Positions 20,173 through 28,623 of a stretch of DNA of 58,044 nt are shown here, piece by piece (the first letter of the stretch is position 1; each line of letters starts with the position of its first letter). Source of the DNA: Candidatus Alloenteromonas pullicola (GTDB lineage Bacteria > Bacillota_I > Bacilli_A > RFN20 > CAG-826); contig DVMV01000014.1 in assembly GCA_018714785.1 (NCBI GenBank), positions 1 through 58,044 of the forward strand, given 5' to 3'. A program made the translations under genes and the position numbers. The notes below the pieces were generated by a model. That model was not told the DNA's origin and did not search any database. It saw only the letters and a list, made by a program, of their open reading frames with translations.

Positions 20173-21180
20173 ATGGCAAACGCGAAACAAACCGACTCTT
20201 TGACCCCGGAGCTCAAGCTCCCCAACCCATTCGAGCCGGTCAGCATCTCTTTAGACGGGGACGAAACCGATACCTTCGCCCGCTTCGTCGTAAAGCCTCT
20301 TGAGAGGGGATTCGGCATCACGGTCGGCAACGCGCTGCGTCGCGTGCTCCTCTCCGCCCTCCCCGGTGCCTCGGTCGTCGCCGTCCAGATCGAAGGCGCG
20401 CCCCACGAGTTCACCGCTCTTAAGGGCATCAAGCCCGATGTTACCGGGATCATACTCAACCTCAAGGACCTCGTCCTCAAGATCGACGAGAACACCACTG
20501 AGCTCAAGCGCATCGAAGTCGACGCCAAGGGACCCAAGGTCCTCACCGCCGGCGACCTGCCGCTTCCGGCCATGGTGGAAGTCATCAACCCGGACCTCGA
20601 GATCGCCACGATCAACGAGGGGGCCGAGCTGCACATGACCATCTTCGTCGGCAACGGCCGCGGCTACGTCACCTCCGAGCAGAACAAGAACGAGAGGCGC
20701 ATCGACACCGTCGGCGTCATCGCCACCGATTCGAACTACTCGCCGATCGAGAAGGTCGCCTTCCACGTCGAGCCGACCCGCGTCCTGCACGATTCCGACT
20801 TCGATTGCCTCACCCTTGAGGTGACCACCAACGGATCGGTCAAGCCGCACGAGGCCGTCGCGATGGCCGCCCAGCTGCTCGTCGCCCACTTCTCGCAGTT
20901 CGTCACCCTCGAGGAGAAGGTGAAGGACTTCAAGATCACCAAGGACGAGACCAAGCCCGAGGAGAACAAATACCAGGGGATGCTCATCGAGGAACTCGAT
21001 CTGAGCGTCCGCAGCAACAATTGCCTCAAGAGGGCCGGAATCTCCACCGTCATGGAACTCACTCAGAAGAGCGAGGAAGAGATGATGAAGGTCCGCAACC
21101 TCGGCAAGAAGTCGCTTAAGGAAGTTAAGGAGAAGCTCGCCAACATCGGCCTCCACTTCAAGGATTACGTAGGAGAATAA
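20173..21180 (+). CDS. rpoA: DNA-directed RNA polymerase subunit alpha
   Basis: 335 aa; ...FVVKPLERGFGITVGNALRRVLLSALPGA...; C-terminal domain ...LSVRSNNCLKRAGI... Confidence 0.97.
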   Translation: MANAKQTDSLTPELKLPNPFEPVSISLDGDETDTFARFVVKPLERGFGITVGNALRRVLLSALPGASVVAVQIEGAPHEFTALKGIKPDVTGIILNLKDLVLKIDENTTELKRIEVDAKGPKVLTAGDLPLPAMVEVINPDLEIATINEGAELHMTIFVGNGRGYVTSEQNKNERRIDTVGVIATDSNYSPIEKVAFHVEPTRVLHDSDFDCLTLEVTTNGSVKPHEAVAMAAQLLVAHFSQFVTLEEKVKDFKITKDETKPEENKYQGMLIEELDLSVRSNNCLKRAGISTVMELTQKSEEEMMKVRNLGKKSLKEVKEKLANIGLHFKDYVGE

Positions 21181-21183
21181 CAA

Positions 21184-21588
21184 ATGGCTGCACAAGGAAG
21201 AAAGAACGTCCACGGCAAAGCCGGCGTCCGCTTCAAGACGGGCTACACCGCCTCGAAGAACAAGTCGATGCTCCGCAACGTCGTGACCGACCTCATCCTC
21301 AACGAGGAAGTCAAGGTCACCAGCGGGGTCACCAAGGAGCTCAAGTCGCTTGCTGATAGGCTAGTCACCTATGCCAAGCGCGGAGACCTCCACGCCCGCC
21401 GCCTCGCCGCCCAGGTCGTCCGCCCGACCGTCGTCGGGAAGGACGGCAAGACCGCTCTCGAGAAGCTGTTCAACGAGATCGGCCCGAGGATGAAGGACCG
21501 CAAAGGCGGGTACACCAAGGCTTACAAGCTTGGCCTCCGCCGCGGCGATTCCGCCGAGGTCACCCTCGTCCGCTGGTCGGATAAGTAA
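21184..21588 (+). CDS. rplQ: 50S ribosomal protein L17
   Basis: 134 aa; ...SMLRNVVTDLILNEEVKVT...; last gene of the alpha operon. Confidence 0.96.
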   Translation: MAAQGRKNVHGKAGVRFKTGYTASKNKSMLRNVVTDLILNEEVKVTSGVTKELKSLADRLVTYAKRGDLHARRLAAQVVRPTVVGKDGKTALEKLFNEIGPRMKDRKGGYTKAYKLGLRRGDSAEVTLVRWSDK

Positions 21589-21595
21589 TAAATAG

Positions 21596-21635
21596 CGAAA
21601 AACGGATTGGATTTTGCGCCCGATCCGTTTTTTTC
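21596..21635 (+). terminator. Rho-independent terminator after rplQ
   Basis: CGAAAAACGGAT (21596-21607) pairs with ATCCGTTTTTTT (23-34 of the 216xx block), giving a stem plus T-run. Confidence 0.7.
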
Positions 21636-21713
21636 TTGGCCGCCGATGCTAGAATAATCGCAACGAAATGGATTCTCCATTTCTATGTAGCATCGGGAAA
21701 GGACCATTTGCCT

Positions 21714-23528
21714 ATGCTGGTATTGGATTTGAATAAAAAGGAATTCGAGGGATTCGCCCTGTCGGATATCCATCTTTCTTTTCCGAATTCCGGGATGTTC
21801 GTTTTGAAGGGCCCCAACGGATGCGGGAAATCGACCTTGCTCAACATCCTCTCGGGGCGCGACAGCGACTTCGCCGGCTCGCTTGCCTATGATGGGAAGC
21901 CGGCCGACTGGAGGTTCAAGGAGAAATACGCCTGCCTCGTCCCCCAGACCCCGATCATCTTCAATGAGCTTTCGGTGATTGACAACGTCATGGCCCCGTA
22001 TCGGCATAAGGACAAGAAGAAAGCCCTCTCCGCCTTGGAGGCGGTGGGGCTGGTGAATGCGACGTCCACACCGGTTATGGCCCTCTCATCGGGCGAGAAG
22101 CTCCGCCTAGGGCTCGCCAGAGCCATATACGGGGATTTCCCGATTTACCTAGTCGACGAGATCGACGCGTTTTTGGACGAGGAGACCTCGGAGGAGATCT
22201 ACGCCATACTCAAGGATCTGTCGAAAACTCGCCTCGTTGTGGCAGCAAGCCACCGCGGCGTCAGCATCGATTCATCGCATGAGGTCCTCGTTGGATCCTG
22301 CCTCCGCTTTGTTGGTCCAGGCGAGGACAGTAAGGCAGATGAAAGTAAGCGCGATCAGGCGAAAGGCAAAAGCGTTCTGGACTGGCGGTTCGATTCCATC
22401 GCCGCGGTCTTCTGCCTCCTTTTTGGCTTCCTTGGCCTGTTTCTGGGCTCGTCTACGGGGCTGGTCGACTACGGATACCTTGATTTGTTCACTTCCTCGC
22501 AGCCGGGGATCTCCCTTTCGCAACAGAGGATGTTCGCCGAGTCGGAGGGCTTGCTCCTCGATCCGGAATCGCCTCGGTTCGAGCAGGGGTGCTCGGTGAT
22601 ATCCACCGAATTCGTCTTCGATGGGAACGCCACCGTCTCCTGGCTGTTTGCCTTGGATGGCGATTGCGATGACATCGATTCGCTTAAGGCGGAGAACCTC
22701 CTCGCCGGCGATTGGCCAAGCGATGGCTCAGAATGCCTGCTGCCATCGAATTACTTCGACTCGAAGGGATTGGCCTACTCCTCTTTTGCCGAAGCGAAAA
22801 TTGATTTCGATGGGAATTCGCTTTCCTGCTGCGGCGTCTACCAAAGCCGAAACGGGAGCTTCTACTCCGCCGCCTATGGCCGAATGCTCGACTCGCGTTC
22901 CTTCAATTGGAATTTCATCGCCGCCGAGATTGGGTTCCTGTCCAACTCGGCCTTCACCTTCAATGGGGATGATTTCCCATTCGACTATATCATGGCCATG
23001 GGCTGGCAAGGGCTCAACCTCTCCAAGGCCGACCTGAACGGCTCCGCTTTGTTTTCCGACGACCCGTGCATTCTGATGACGTCTTCGGGGTCGACCCCGC
23101 TAAGATGGATCGAATCCTACCCGGCATCGAATTCATGCTTCTCATTCGTCTTCGCCATAGGCTCCGGCGCCTTGATGTGCATTCTCTGCTTCGCCTATTA
23201 TCAGCGGAATAAGCGGCGGACGTTGCTGCTTCTGGCCTCTGGCAAAACCCGCAAAAGCCTGCTGAAGGAATCGTTTGCCGATATCCTGGGCTCGTCTTTG
23301 GCCGCATTGACTGGAAGCCTGGTCGTCTACTTGGCCGTTTGGCTGCCGTATTTGCTTTCCCTTAGCGCCTCCTTCCCCGGATTGCTCTTCTTCCGCTTCC
23401 CGCTTGAGGCGTTTATGGTCGAGCTTCTATCGATATTCATCGCCGATGCGGTGTTTGCCGTGCTCGCCTTCCGCCTTCTGGCCCCCAAGGACATCTCGGC
23501 CAAGCTAAACGATCTAAAGAGAGGCTAG
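21714..23528 (+). CDS. Fused ABC ATPase plus FtsX/MacB-type permease (paralog A, canonical NBD)
   Basis: 604 aa from the first in-frame ATG (the track start is a TTG at 21636, inside the terminator). Motifs: Walker A GPNGCGKST, Q-loop VPQTP, signature LSSGEKLR, Walker B IYLVDEID, H-loop SHR. These are followed by TM1, an extracytoplasmic domain of about 230 aa, and 3 more TMs. Confidence 0.85.
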   Translation: MLVLDLNKKEFEGFALSDIHLSFPNSGMFVLKGPNGCGKSTLLNILSGRDSDFAGSLAYDGKPADWRFKEKYACLVPQTPIIFNELSVIDNVMAPYRHKDKKKALSALEAVGLVNATSTPVMALSSGEKLRLGLARAIYGDFPIYLVDEIDAFLDEETSEEIYAILKDLSKTRLVVAASHRGVSIDSSHEVLVGSCLRFVGPGEDSKADESKRDQAKGKSVLDWRFDSIAAVFCLLFGFLGLFLGSSTGLVDYGYLDLFTSSQPGISLSQQRMFAESEGLLLDPESPRFEQGCSVISTEFVFDGNATVSWLFALDGDCDDIDSLKAENLLAGDWPSDGSECLLPSNYFDSKGLAYSSFAEAKIDFDGNSLSCCGVYQSRNGSFYSAAYGRMLDSRSFNWNFIAAEIGFLSNSAFTFNGDDFPFDYIMAMGWQGLNLSKADLNGSALFSDDPCILMTSSGSTPLRWIESYPASNSCFSFVFAIGSGALMCILCFAYYQRNKRRTLLLLASGKTRKSLLKESFADILGSSLAALTGSLVVYLAVWLPYLLSLSASFPGLLFFRFPLEAFMVELLSIFIADAVFAVLAFRLLAPKDISAKLNDLKRG

Positions 23529-23529
23529 G

Positions 23530-25509
23530 ATGAAGCTAGAAAACATAGGCAAAAGATTTCCTGGGCGCACCCTTTTCGAGGGGGTTTCCGTTGAGCTCGA
23601 CTCCGGGCTGCTGCTCATCGAGGGCAAATCGGGGTCGGGGAAGTCGACTTTGCTCGACATCATAGTCTCGAACTATCAGCAGTACGAAGGGACCGTCTCC
23701 TTCCCTAGGGATTGCTGCTATTGCGGCGTCAATGGCGGCTTGGTGCTGGATTGGTCGTTTGAGAAGAACCTCGACCGGCTTTTGGGCGCTAAGATCGATG
23801 AGGAAGCCGTTTCCTCTATGTTATGCAGGCTTGGCTTAGCCGGATTGGAGAAGAAGAAGCTCATCTGTCTCTCGATTGGGCAGCGGAGGAAGTTCCAGCT
23901 TGCCGCCTGCCTTCTTAAGAGGGCCCAGGCATATGTGATAGATGAGCCGTTCGCCTCGCTCGACGAGCCATCGAAAAAGCAGGTCGCCTCGATTCTCAAT
24001 TCCCTAAGGGCCGATCACCTCGTCGTGCTGGCCAACAACGATCCCGAGGGCACGGATCTGCTGGGTTATTCGGTTTTGCTTACCTTCGATGGCAAGGGCG
24101 GGCATCAGATTAGGCTTGGCGAAGGAAAAGATAGGCCCGCGACCGAAAGCGTCGAGCAACTGCCGAGTCGGAAGCCGCGGTTTTGGCTTGGCTGCCTGCT
24201 TTCCGCCTTCATAAGCCGCTTCAAGGGGCTGTCGGCTGCCGTGATCGCCCTTTCCTTCCTCGCTTCGAGCCTAATCATGCTCGGCCTAGCCTTCTCCGAG
24301 CTGAAAAACCCATATGTAGCCTCGGTTGAGGCAAGCCCTTTTTCCTACGTCAGCTTGCAGCCGAGCCTCCCTTTCTCCGAAAAGGGCGGTTTTGCGTTGT
24401 TTTCCAATCCGGACATAGTCTGCTTTGACTTGTCTTATATGCAGGATAGCGTCCAGAAGCCGGTGAAGGTGTTCGCGGTCGATGCGGACTTGCCATCTCC
24501 TGAGGTCTATCCCCATCAAGATGATTCACTTTTCGCACCATATCCCGAGATAGGCGACGGAACCCATGCCTACGACTACGCCATGAACTTCTATCCCTCG
24601 AGGGTTATTCTGGATGGGCACGACGATACCCAGATGATGTTCGTCTCCTTGGATTCGCTTCTCGAGGAGCTATCTAGCGGAGGTTTGCCGTTCTCGCTTC
24701 CTCTTCGGGGGTGGATGTTTCCTCGCTTTTCCTATGGCGAGCTTTCTTTGTCTTCTGACGACGATATATCGTTGTCGGGCGAATTTTCCGGCGTTTCCAT
24801 CTATGACAGCGAATCCTTTTCCTGCTCCTCGTTCCAGTCGGGCAGGCGTTTTCGCTTCTCGATCGGCGGAAGCGAACAATCCGTTGTCTGCCAGAAAGGC
24901 GAGCCCGGAGTATCGTCTTCGCTTTTCCTCGCCCTTTGCGCCTACAAGGGAATCACCGATGGCCCGGATTTCTGCAGGCTCGCCTACTCCAAGCAAGAGG
25001 CCGCCTCGATTCTTAGGATTGGCGCGGCCGAGTCAGCCGACGACGTCATCGTCTCCGAGCTCAGGGGCCAGTCCTCGATGGCGAGCGCCTTCTTCGGGCT
25101 GGGCGCCGTGGTATTCGTCGGCGATGCGCTTCTTGTCCTGCTAAACGGGAACGCCTTCTCCGCCTTCTCCTCCTCGATGGCCGGCGTGCTGGATTTTGCT
25201 GGGCTAAGGAAAAAGCGTTGGCCAATGCTCTTTCTGCTTGGGATGTCTCTCTGTTTCTTGCCTTCTGTGCTTTCGTTGGCCCTTTACGGACTGGGTTATC
25301 TTCCGATTGCCAACGATGTTGCCATCAATTCGGCATATGAGGGAATAAGCTCGGAATTTGGGGCCACTCCCGACTCGGTGTATTTCATGGGCCGCCGGCT
25401 GCCTGAGTTTGCCACGTTCTCGTGGTATTCGCTGCTGGCCGTGCTCGGGTTGGCGGCGCTTGGCTTGGTCGTCCTTCTGCTTTCCAGGAAAACCAAAGGA
25501 AATAAGTGA
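23530..25509 (+). CDS. Fused ABC ATPase plus FtsX/MacB-type permease (paralog B, degenerate NBD)
   Basis: 659 aa, starting 1 nt after the stop of paralog A. Motifs: Walker A GKSGSGKST, signature LSIGQRRK, Walker B AYVIDEP. It has no Q-loop Gln and no switch His (VLANNDPEG). Topology is the same: 1 TM, a big loop, then 3 TMs. Confidence 0.85.
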   Translation: MKLENIGKRFPGRTLFEGVSVELDSGLLLIEGKSGSGKSTLLDIIVSNYQQYEGTVSFPRDCCYCGVNGGLVLDWSFEKNLDRLLGAKIDEEAVSSMLCRLGLAGLEKKKLICLSIGQRRKFQLAACLLKRAQAYVIDEPFASLDEPSKKQVASILNSLRADHLVVLANNDPEGTDLLGYSVLLTFDGKGGHQIRLGEGKDRPATESVEQLPSRKPRFWLGCLLSAFISRFKGLSAAVIALSFLASSLIMLGLAFSELKNPYVASVEASPFSYVSLQPSLPFSEKGGFALFSNPDIVCFDLSYMQDSVQKPVKVFAVDADLPSPEVYPHQDDSLFAPYPEIGDGTHAYDYAMNFYPSRVILDGHDDTQMMFVSLDSLLEELSSGGLPFSLPLRGWMFPRFSYGELSLSSDDDISLSGEFSGVSIYDSESFSCSSFQSGRRFRFSIGGSEQSVVCQKGEPGVSSSLFLALCAYKGITDGPDFCRLAYSKQEAASILRIGAAESADDVIVSELRGQSSMASAFFGLGAVVFVGDALLVLLNGNAFSAFSSSMAGVLDFAGLRKKRWPMLFLLGMSLCFLPSVLSLALYGLGYLPIANDVAINSAYEGISSEFGATPDSVYFMGRRLPEFATFSWYSLLAVLGLAALGLVVLLLSRKTKGNK

Positions 25510-25540
25510 TTCGGAATAGGCCTGGGGAGCGGCAATCCGA

Positions 25541-26686
25541 TCAATTCCCGACCATGCGCTCACTCTTGAAAGTGAGCGAGGTAAGCGCGGCGAAGACTCC
25601 GGCTAAGACCAAGTTGGACAATATGCTCATCCCGGAGTAGAGCAGGTCGTAGGAGCCGCTAGATATAAGCTTCAGGCACTGCACCGACCCCAGAAACGGA
25701 ACGAAGGCATACCCGAGGCCGCTGACGTCGGCGAAGCTCGGGATTATCGCCAGGACCATCATTACCGCGGTCAGCGGGCCCAAATACCCATTGGCTTCCT
25801 TGGTGGATTTCGATAATGCGGAAATTAGGGTCGCCATCGACACGAATAGCAGCAGCAACGAGAGTATGGCGAAGAAGAACAGGGCATAGCCGCCGCTGGA
25901 GATCCCCAATCCGGTGTCGCCGAATAGGTTCGGCGCGCTCGCCAAGGTGCAGGCCGCGTTCCATGACCCGGACAGCAGGGCGACCAGCGATAGGGCCAAT
26001 AGCTTACCGCAGGCTAGCTCCAAGGGCTTGATCGGCGTCGCCAATAGCGAGAGCAGCGTCCCCCTTTCCTTCTCCCCGGCGATCGATTCCGGGCAGATCG
26101 AGATTACCGAAGAATATAGCAGCGAGATTGTTATCATCGGGAGGATGAATCCCATTACCGATATGCGGGCGTAGCTCTTTTCGCCTAGGTTGGGGTTGAT
26201 GCCCTCGTTGAACGAATACGGCCTATAAGCTAGGTCGACGAGGGAGGGGATGACCGAATAGAGGGTCTCCGAGGCCTCGGATTCCCCGTTGTAATAAGCC
26301 TGTATCGAAGTTGGCGCCCCGTCTTCGTTAAAGGCGAAGAAGAGCAGGGAGTCTATCTTGTCCTCCCGCAGGCTTGTCTTCATTGAGGCGAGCTCGTCGT
26401 TGGGGTAATAGGTGATGGTCGGCTCTTCCTGGTTGACCGTCTCGAAGTAGGATAAGAGCACCGGAACGAACTTCCCACCTTCCTCCTCCTCGTTTATGGC
26501 GATGCGGTAGGAATAGTTTTTCTCAACGCCCGATCCGTCGATTAGGGAGGTCACCACCTTCCCCATGACCATGTATATCACGAAGATGAGGACGCCGGGC
26601 ATGAATAGGGCCGCCAGCATCCGCTTATCGGCGAAAAAACGCCGCATTTCCTTCTTGAAGACCGCAAAAACGCGCCCAAAATTCAT
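25541..26686 (-). CDS. ABC-2 family permease (NatB-like)
   Basis: 381 aa. One N-terminal TM, a large external loop, then 5 C-terminal TMs. 4-nt overlap with the upstream ATPase gene. Confidence 0.85.
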   Translation of the reverse strand: MNFGRVFAVFKKEMRRFFADKRMLAALFMPGVLIFVIYMVMGKVVTSLIDGSGVEKNYSYRIAINEEEEGGKFVPVLLSYFETVNQEEPTITYYPNDELASMKTSLREDKIDSLLFFAFNEDGAPTSIQAYYNGESEASETLYSVIPSLVDLAYRPYSFNEGINPNLGEKSYARISVMGFILPMITISLLYSSVISICPESIAGEKERGTLLSLLATPIKPLELACGKLLALSLVALLSGSWNAACTLASAPNLFGDTGLGISSGGYALFFFAILSLLLLFVSMATLISALSKSTKEANGYLGPLTAVMMVLAIIPSFADVSGLGYAFVPFLGSVQCLKLISSGSYDLLYSGMSILSNLVLAGVFAALTSLTFKSERMVGN

Positions 26687-27459
26687 ATTTCGTCCTCCTC
26701 GTAGCAGGAGAAGAAGACCTTTTCGATCCCGCCTTCCTGCTTAATGCTGGCCATATCCCCTTCATATGACTTCTTGCCTTTTAGGATTATGCACACCCGG
26801 TCGGCGAGCTTGTCGATCAACGAGAAGATGTGGGTCGAGATGATGACGGTCTTGCCAAGCTCCCTTAGATGCAGCAGGTAATCCTCGACCGCTTTGGCCG
26901 ACAATATGTCGAGACCGTTGGTGGGCTCGTCGAATATCACCAGGTCGGGGTCGTTGCATAGCGAGATGGCCAGCGACGCCTTCTGCTTCATGCCGGTCGA
27001 GAGGTCGGAAATCTTCACGAAGGCGAAGCTGTCTATCCCGAAATAGGAGAAGAGCCTTTGTTTTCTTTCTTTTATTTTCTCCTCGGATAGGCCGTACATC
27101 TTGGAATAGAACGAGAAGAGGTAATCGGGCGTGAAGAACGGGTCGAGCTTGAGGTCGGACGTCAGGAAGCCGATCCTCGCGCGGAGCTCGTTGTTGCCGC
27201 GGGTCAGGTTCTCCCCGAATAGCCTTATCTCCCCCGAGGTTGGGTTAAGCAAGCCCGCGAGCATCCTTAAGGTCGTGGTCTTGCCGGCCCCGTTTGGGCC
27301 GAGCAACGCGAATATCTCGCCGCGCCTCAAGCTGAAGGAAAGACCGTCGACCGCGGTCAAAGTGGGGGAGGTTGATCCCACTTCCTTGCGCTGCTTCCTA
27401 GACAAAGGGAAGCGCTTGGTAAGCCCAGAGGCTTCCAATACGATGCCGTTTTCGTCCAT
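26683..27459 (-). CDS. ABC transporter ATP-binding protein (NatA-like)
   Basis: 258 aa. Motifs: Walker A GPNGAGKTT, signature LSTGMKQK, Walker B LVIFDEPTNGLD. Confidence 0.92.
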   Translation of the reverse strand: MDENGIVLEASGLTKRFPLSRKQRKEVGSTSPTLTAVDGLSFSLRRGEIFALLGPNGAGKTTTLRMLAGLLNPTSGEIRLFGENLTRGNNELRARIGFLTSDLKLDPFFTPDYLFSFYSKMYGLSEEKIKERKQRLFSYFGIDSFAFVKISDLSTGMKQKASLAISLCNDPDLVIFDEPTNGLDILSAKAVEDYLLHLRELGKTVIISTHIFSLIDKLADRVCIILKGKKSYEGDMASIKQEGGIEKVFFSCYEEDEI

Positions 27460-27461
27460 GC

Positions 27462-28271
27462 TTATCTCCTGCCGTCTTCCTTCACCACGTCGTAGATCGA
27501 TATCACCCCGAGCATGGCCTCATCCTTTTCGCCGTGCTCGGTGACGATGATTAGGCCGAGCCTTTTTCCGTCCTCGATCTTCGAGAATTCGCTCTCCGCC
27601 CTAGCCATCGGCTCGCCTTTGCCGAGGAAGATGAACCGCTTGCTGTGCGAGGGGAAGGCGAAATACCGCTCGAAGTCCGATATCCTGACCTTCGATACGT
27701 CTCCTTGCAGCCTAGAGCCTACAAGCAGCAGCTTGTTCGCGGTTATCATCCCTTTTACCCGCTTTTTGGAATCTATCACCGGGGTGTAGGTGACCCCATG
27801 GGCGGCGAATGAGTTGTAGGCTTCGATCAATAGGTTGTCCATCGTGTAGGATTTGACGTCCTTGGTGCAGATGTCGAGGCACGTCTTGCCCATCTTGATG
27901 AGTATGGCCTGCAGATCCTCGTTGACCGCCGAGCTCACGGCCACAGGATACCCGCCGTCGTACTCCTCATGGGAAAGGTAGTTCCTTATCTGGCGGTACT
28001 CCTCGAACTTCTCGTAGTATTTCCGCTTGTAATAGGAGTAAAGGGACTGGTCGTTGTCCCGTATCGTCTCCAGCTGCCGGTAGAGATTGAGGAACCTATC
28101 GGTCGTCTGCTTGCTGTATTCGTGCTTTGCCATTTCCGACATTATATAGGGTTTTCCCTTTCTAGACAGCGACCCCAGGTTGCCTTTGACGAAAACCTCG
28201 ATCGGGGTTTGATAGAAAAAAGAGAACTTCATGGAGAAGTCAAAAACACCCAAGTTCAGGACTTTCAACAT
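27462..28271 (-). CDS. CBS-pair domain protein with an N-terminal helical domain carrying an Rx4H (HEPN-like) motif; start uncertain
   Basis: 269-aa ORF. The C-terminal half has two CBS repeats (...TYTPVIDSKKRVKGMITANKLL... and ...LGLIIVTEHGEKDEAMLGVISIYDVV...). The N-terminal part contains IRNYLSHEEY. Alternative starts are ATG 28142 and ATG 28133. First gene of a 3-gene operon with the ABC-2 exporter. Confidence 0.75.
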   Translation of the reverse strand: MLKVLNLGVFDFSMKFSFFYQTPIEVFVKGNLGSLSRKGKPYIMSEMAKHEYSKQTTDRFLNLYRQLETIRDNDQSLYSYYKRKYYEKFEEYRQIRNYLSHEEYDGGYPVAVSSAVNEDLQAILIKMGKTCLDICTKDVKSYTMDNLLIEAYNSFAAHGVTYTPVIDSKKRVKGMITANKLLLVGSRLQGDVSKVRISDFERYFAFPSHSKRFIFLGKGEPMARAESEFSKIEDGKRLGLIIVTEHGEKDEAMLGVISIYDVVKEDGRR

Positions 28272-28401
28272 GGTCCTTCAGTACAAGAAGGTGGGGAAGT
28301 GGAAGGACTACCTCTATGGCGAGCGGGCCTACATCATCCTGAGCCTGGTGGCCAAGACGCTATTGGCCTATCTGGTGTTCGCCGGCATCATGCAGCCTTG
28401 A
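28231..28401 (+). pseudogene. Heliorhodopsin 3' relic (last loop plus TM7 with the Schiff-base lysine)
   Basis: A 56-codon open frame below the track cutoff: MEKSKTPKFRTFNMVLQYKKVGKWKDYLYGERAYIILSLVAKTLLAYLVFAGIMQP*. From FNMV onward it closely parallels the C-terminus of heliorhodopsin 48C12 as I remember it (...LVQYLQYKGKGKWSNYLRGERAYIVLSLVAKSALAWQIFSGTLIPA). In-frame stops lie at 28210 and 28213, and the upstream space is occupied by an opposite-strand gene. Confidence 0.7.
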
Positions 28402-28439
28402 GGGCATCAGCATCCAACGGGGCCTGATGACCCCTTTTT
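28402..28439 (+). terminator. Rho-independent terminator of the former heliorhodopsin gene
   Basis: GGGCATCAG (28402-28410) pairs with CTGATG(A)CCC (28424-28433, one bulge), followed by TTTTT (28435-28439). Confidence 0.6.
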
Positions 28440-28557
28440 CGTGCCGAAAACCGGTAAAAAGATAAACCGATTTACCGATATGAACCATGAAAGAGGTTAC
28501 AAACCTGCCCGATTTGCGCAAAAAACGCGATATCGGTAATCGACCTCCCGAATTTCG

Positions 28558-28585
28558 TTGAAGACACCACCCCCCTCTTTATAAA
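28558..28585 (+). promoter_or_regulatory. Candidate promoter of the hydrogenase operon
   Basis: TTGAAG (28558-28563), a 16-nt spacer, then TATAAA (28580-28585), about 38 nt before the hydC ATG. Confidence 0.4.
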
Positions 28586-28623
28586 ATAAAGGGCGTTGCT
28601 TTCGGATTTTTGGAGGTAAGTAA

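Noticed and set aside
21714-25509. Initial assumption that the two ABC ATPase genes after rplQ are ecfA and ecfA'.
   Set aside because: Each NBD is fused to a 4-TM FtsX/MacB-like domain with a large external loop. No EcfT-like gene follows.
25510-25540. Hairpin TCGGA...TCCGA between the convergent ABC genes, considered as a terminator.
   Set aside because: The stem is only 5 bp and there is no U-run on either strand, so it is too weak to call.
27969-28427. A 152-aa + strand ORF spanning the CBS-gene start and the spacer.
   Set aside because: Most of it is antisense to the CBS-protein gene and is compositionally odd. The meaningful + strand signal here is in a different frame, namely the heliorhodopsin relic at 28231..28401.
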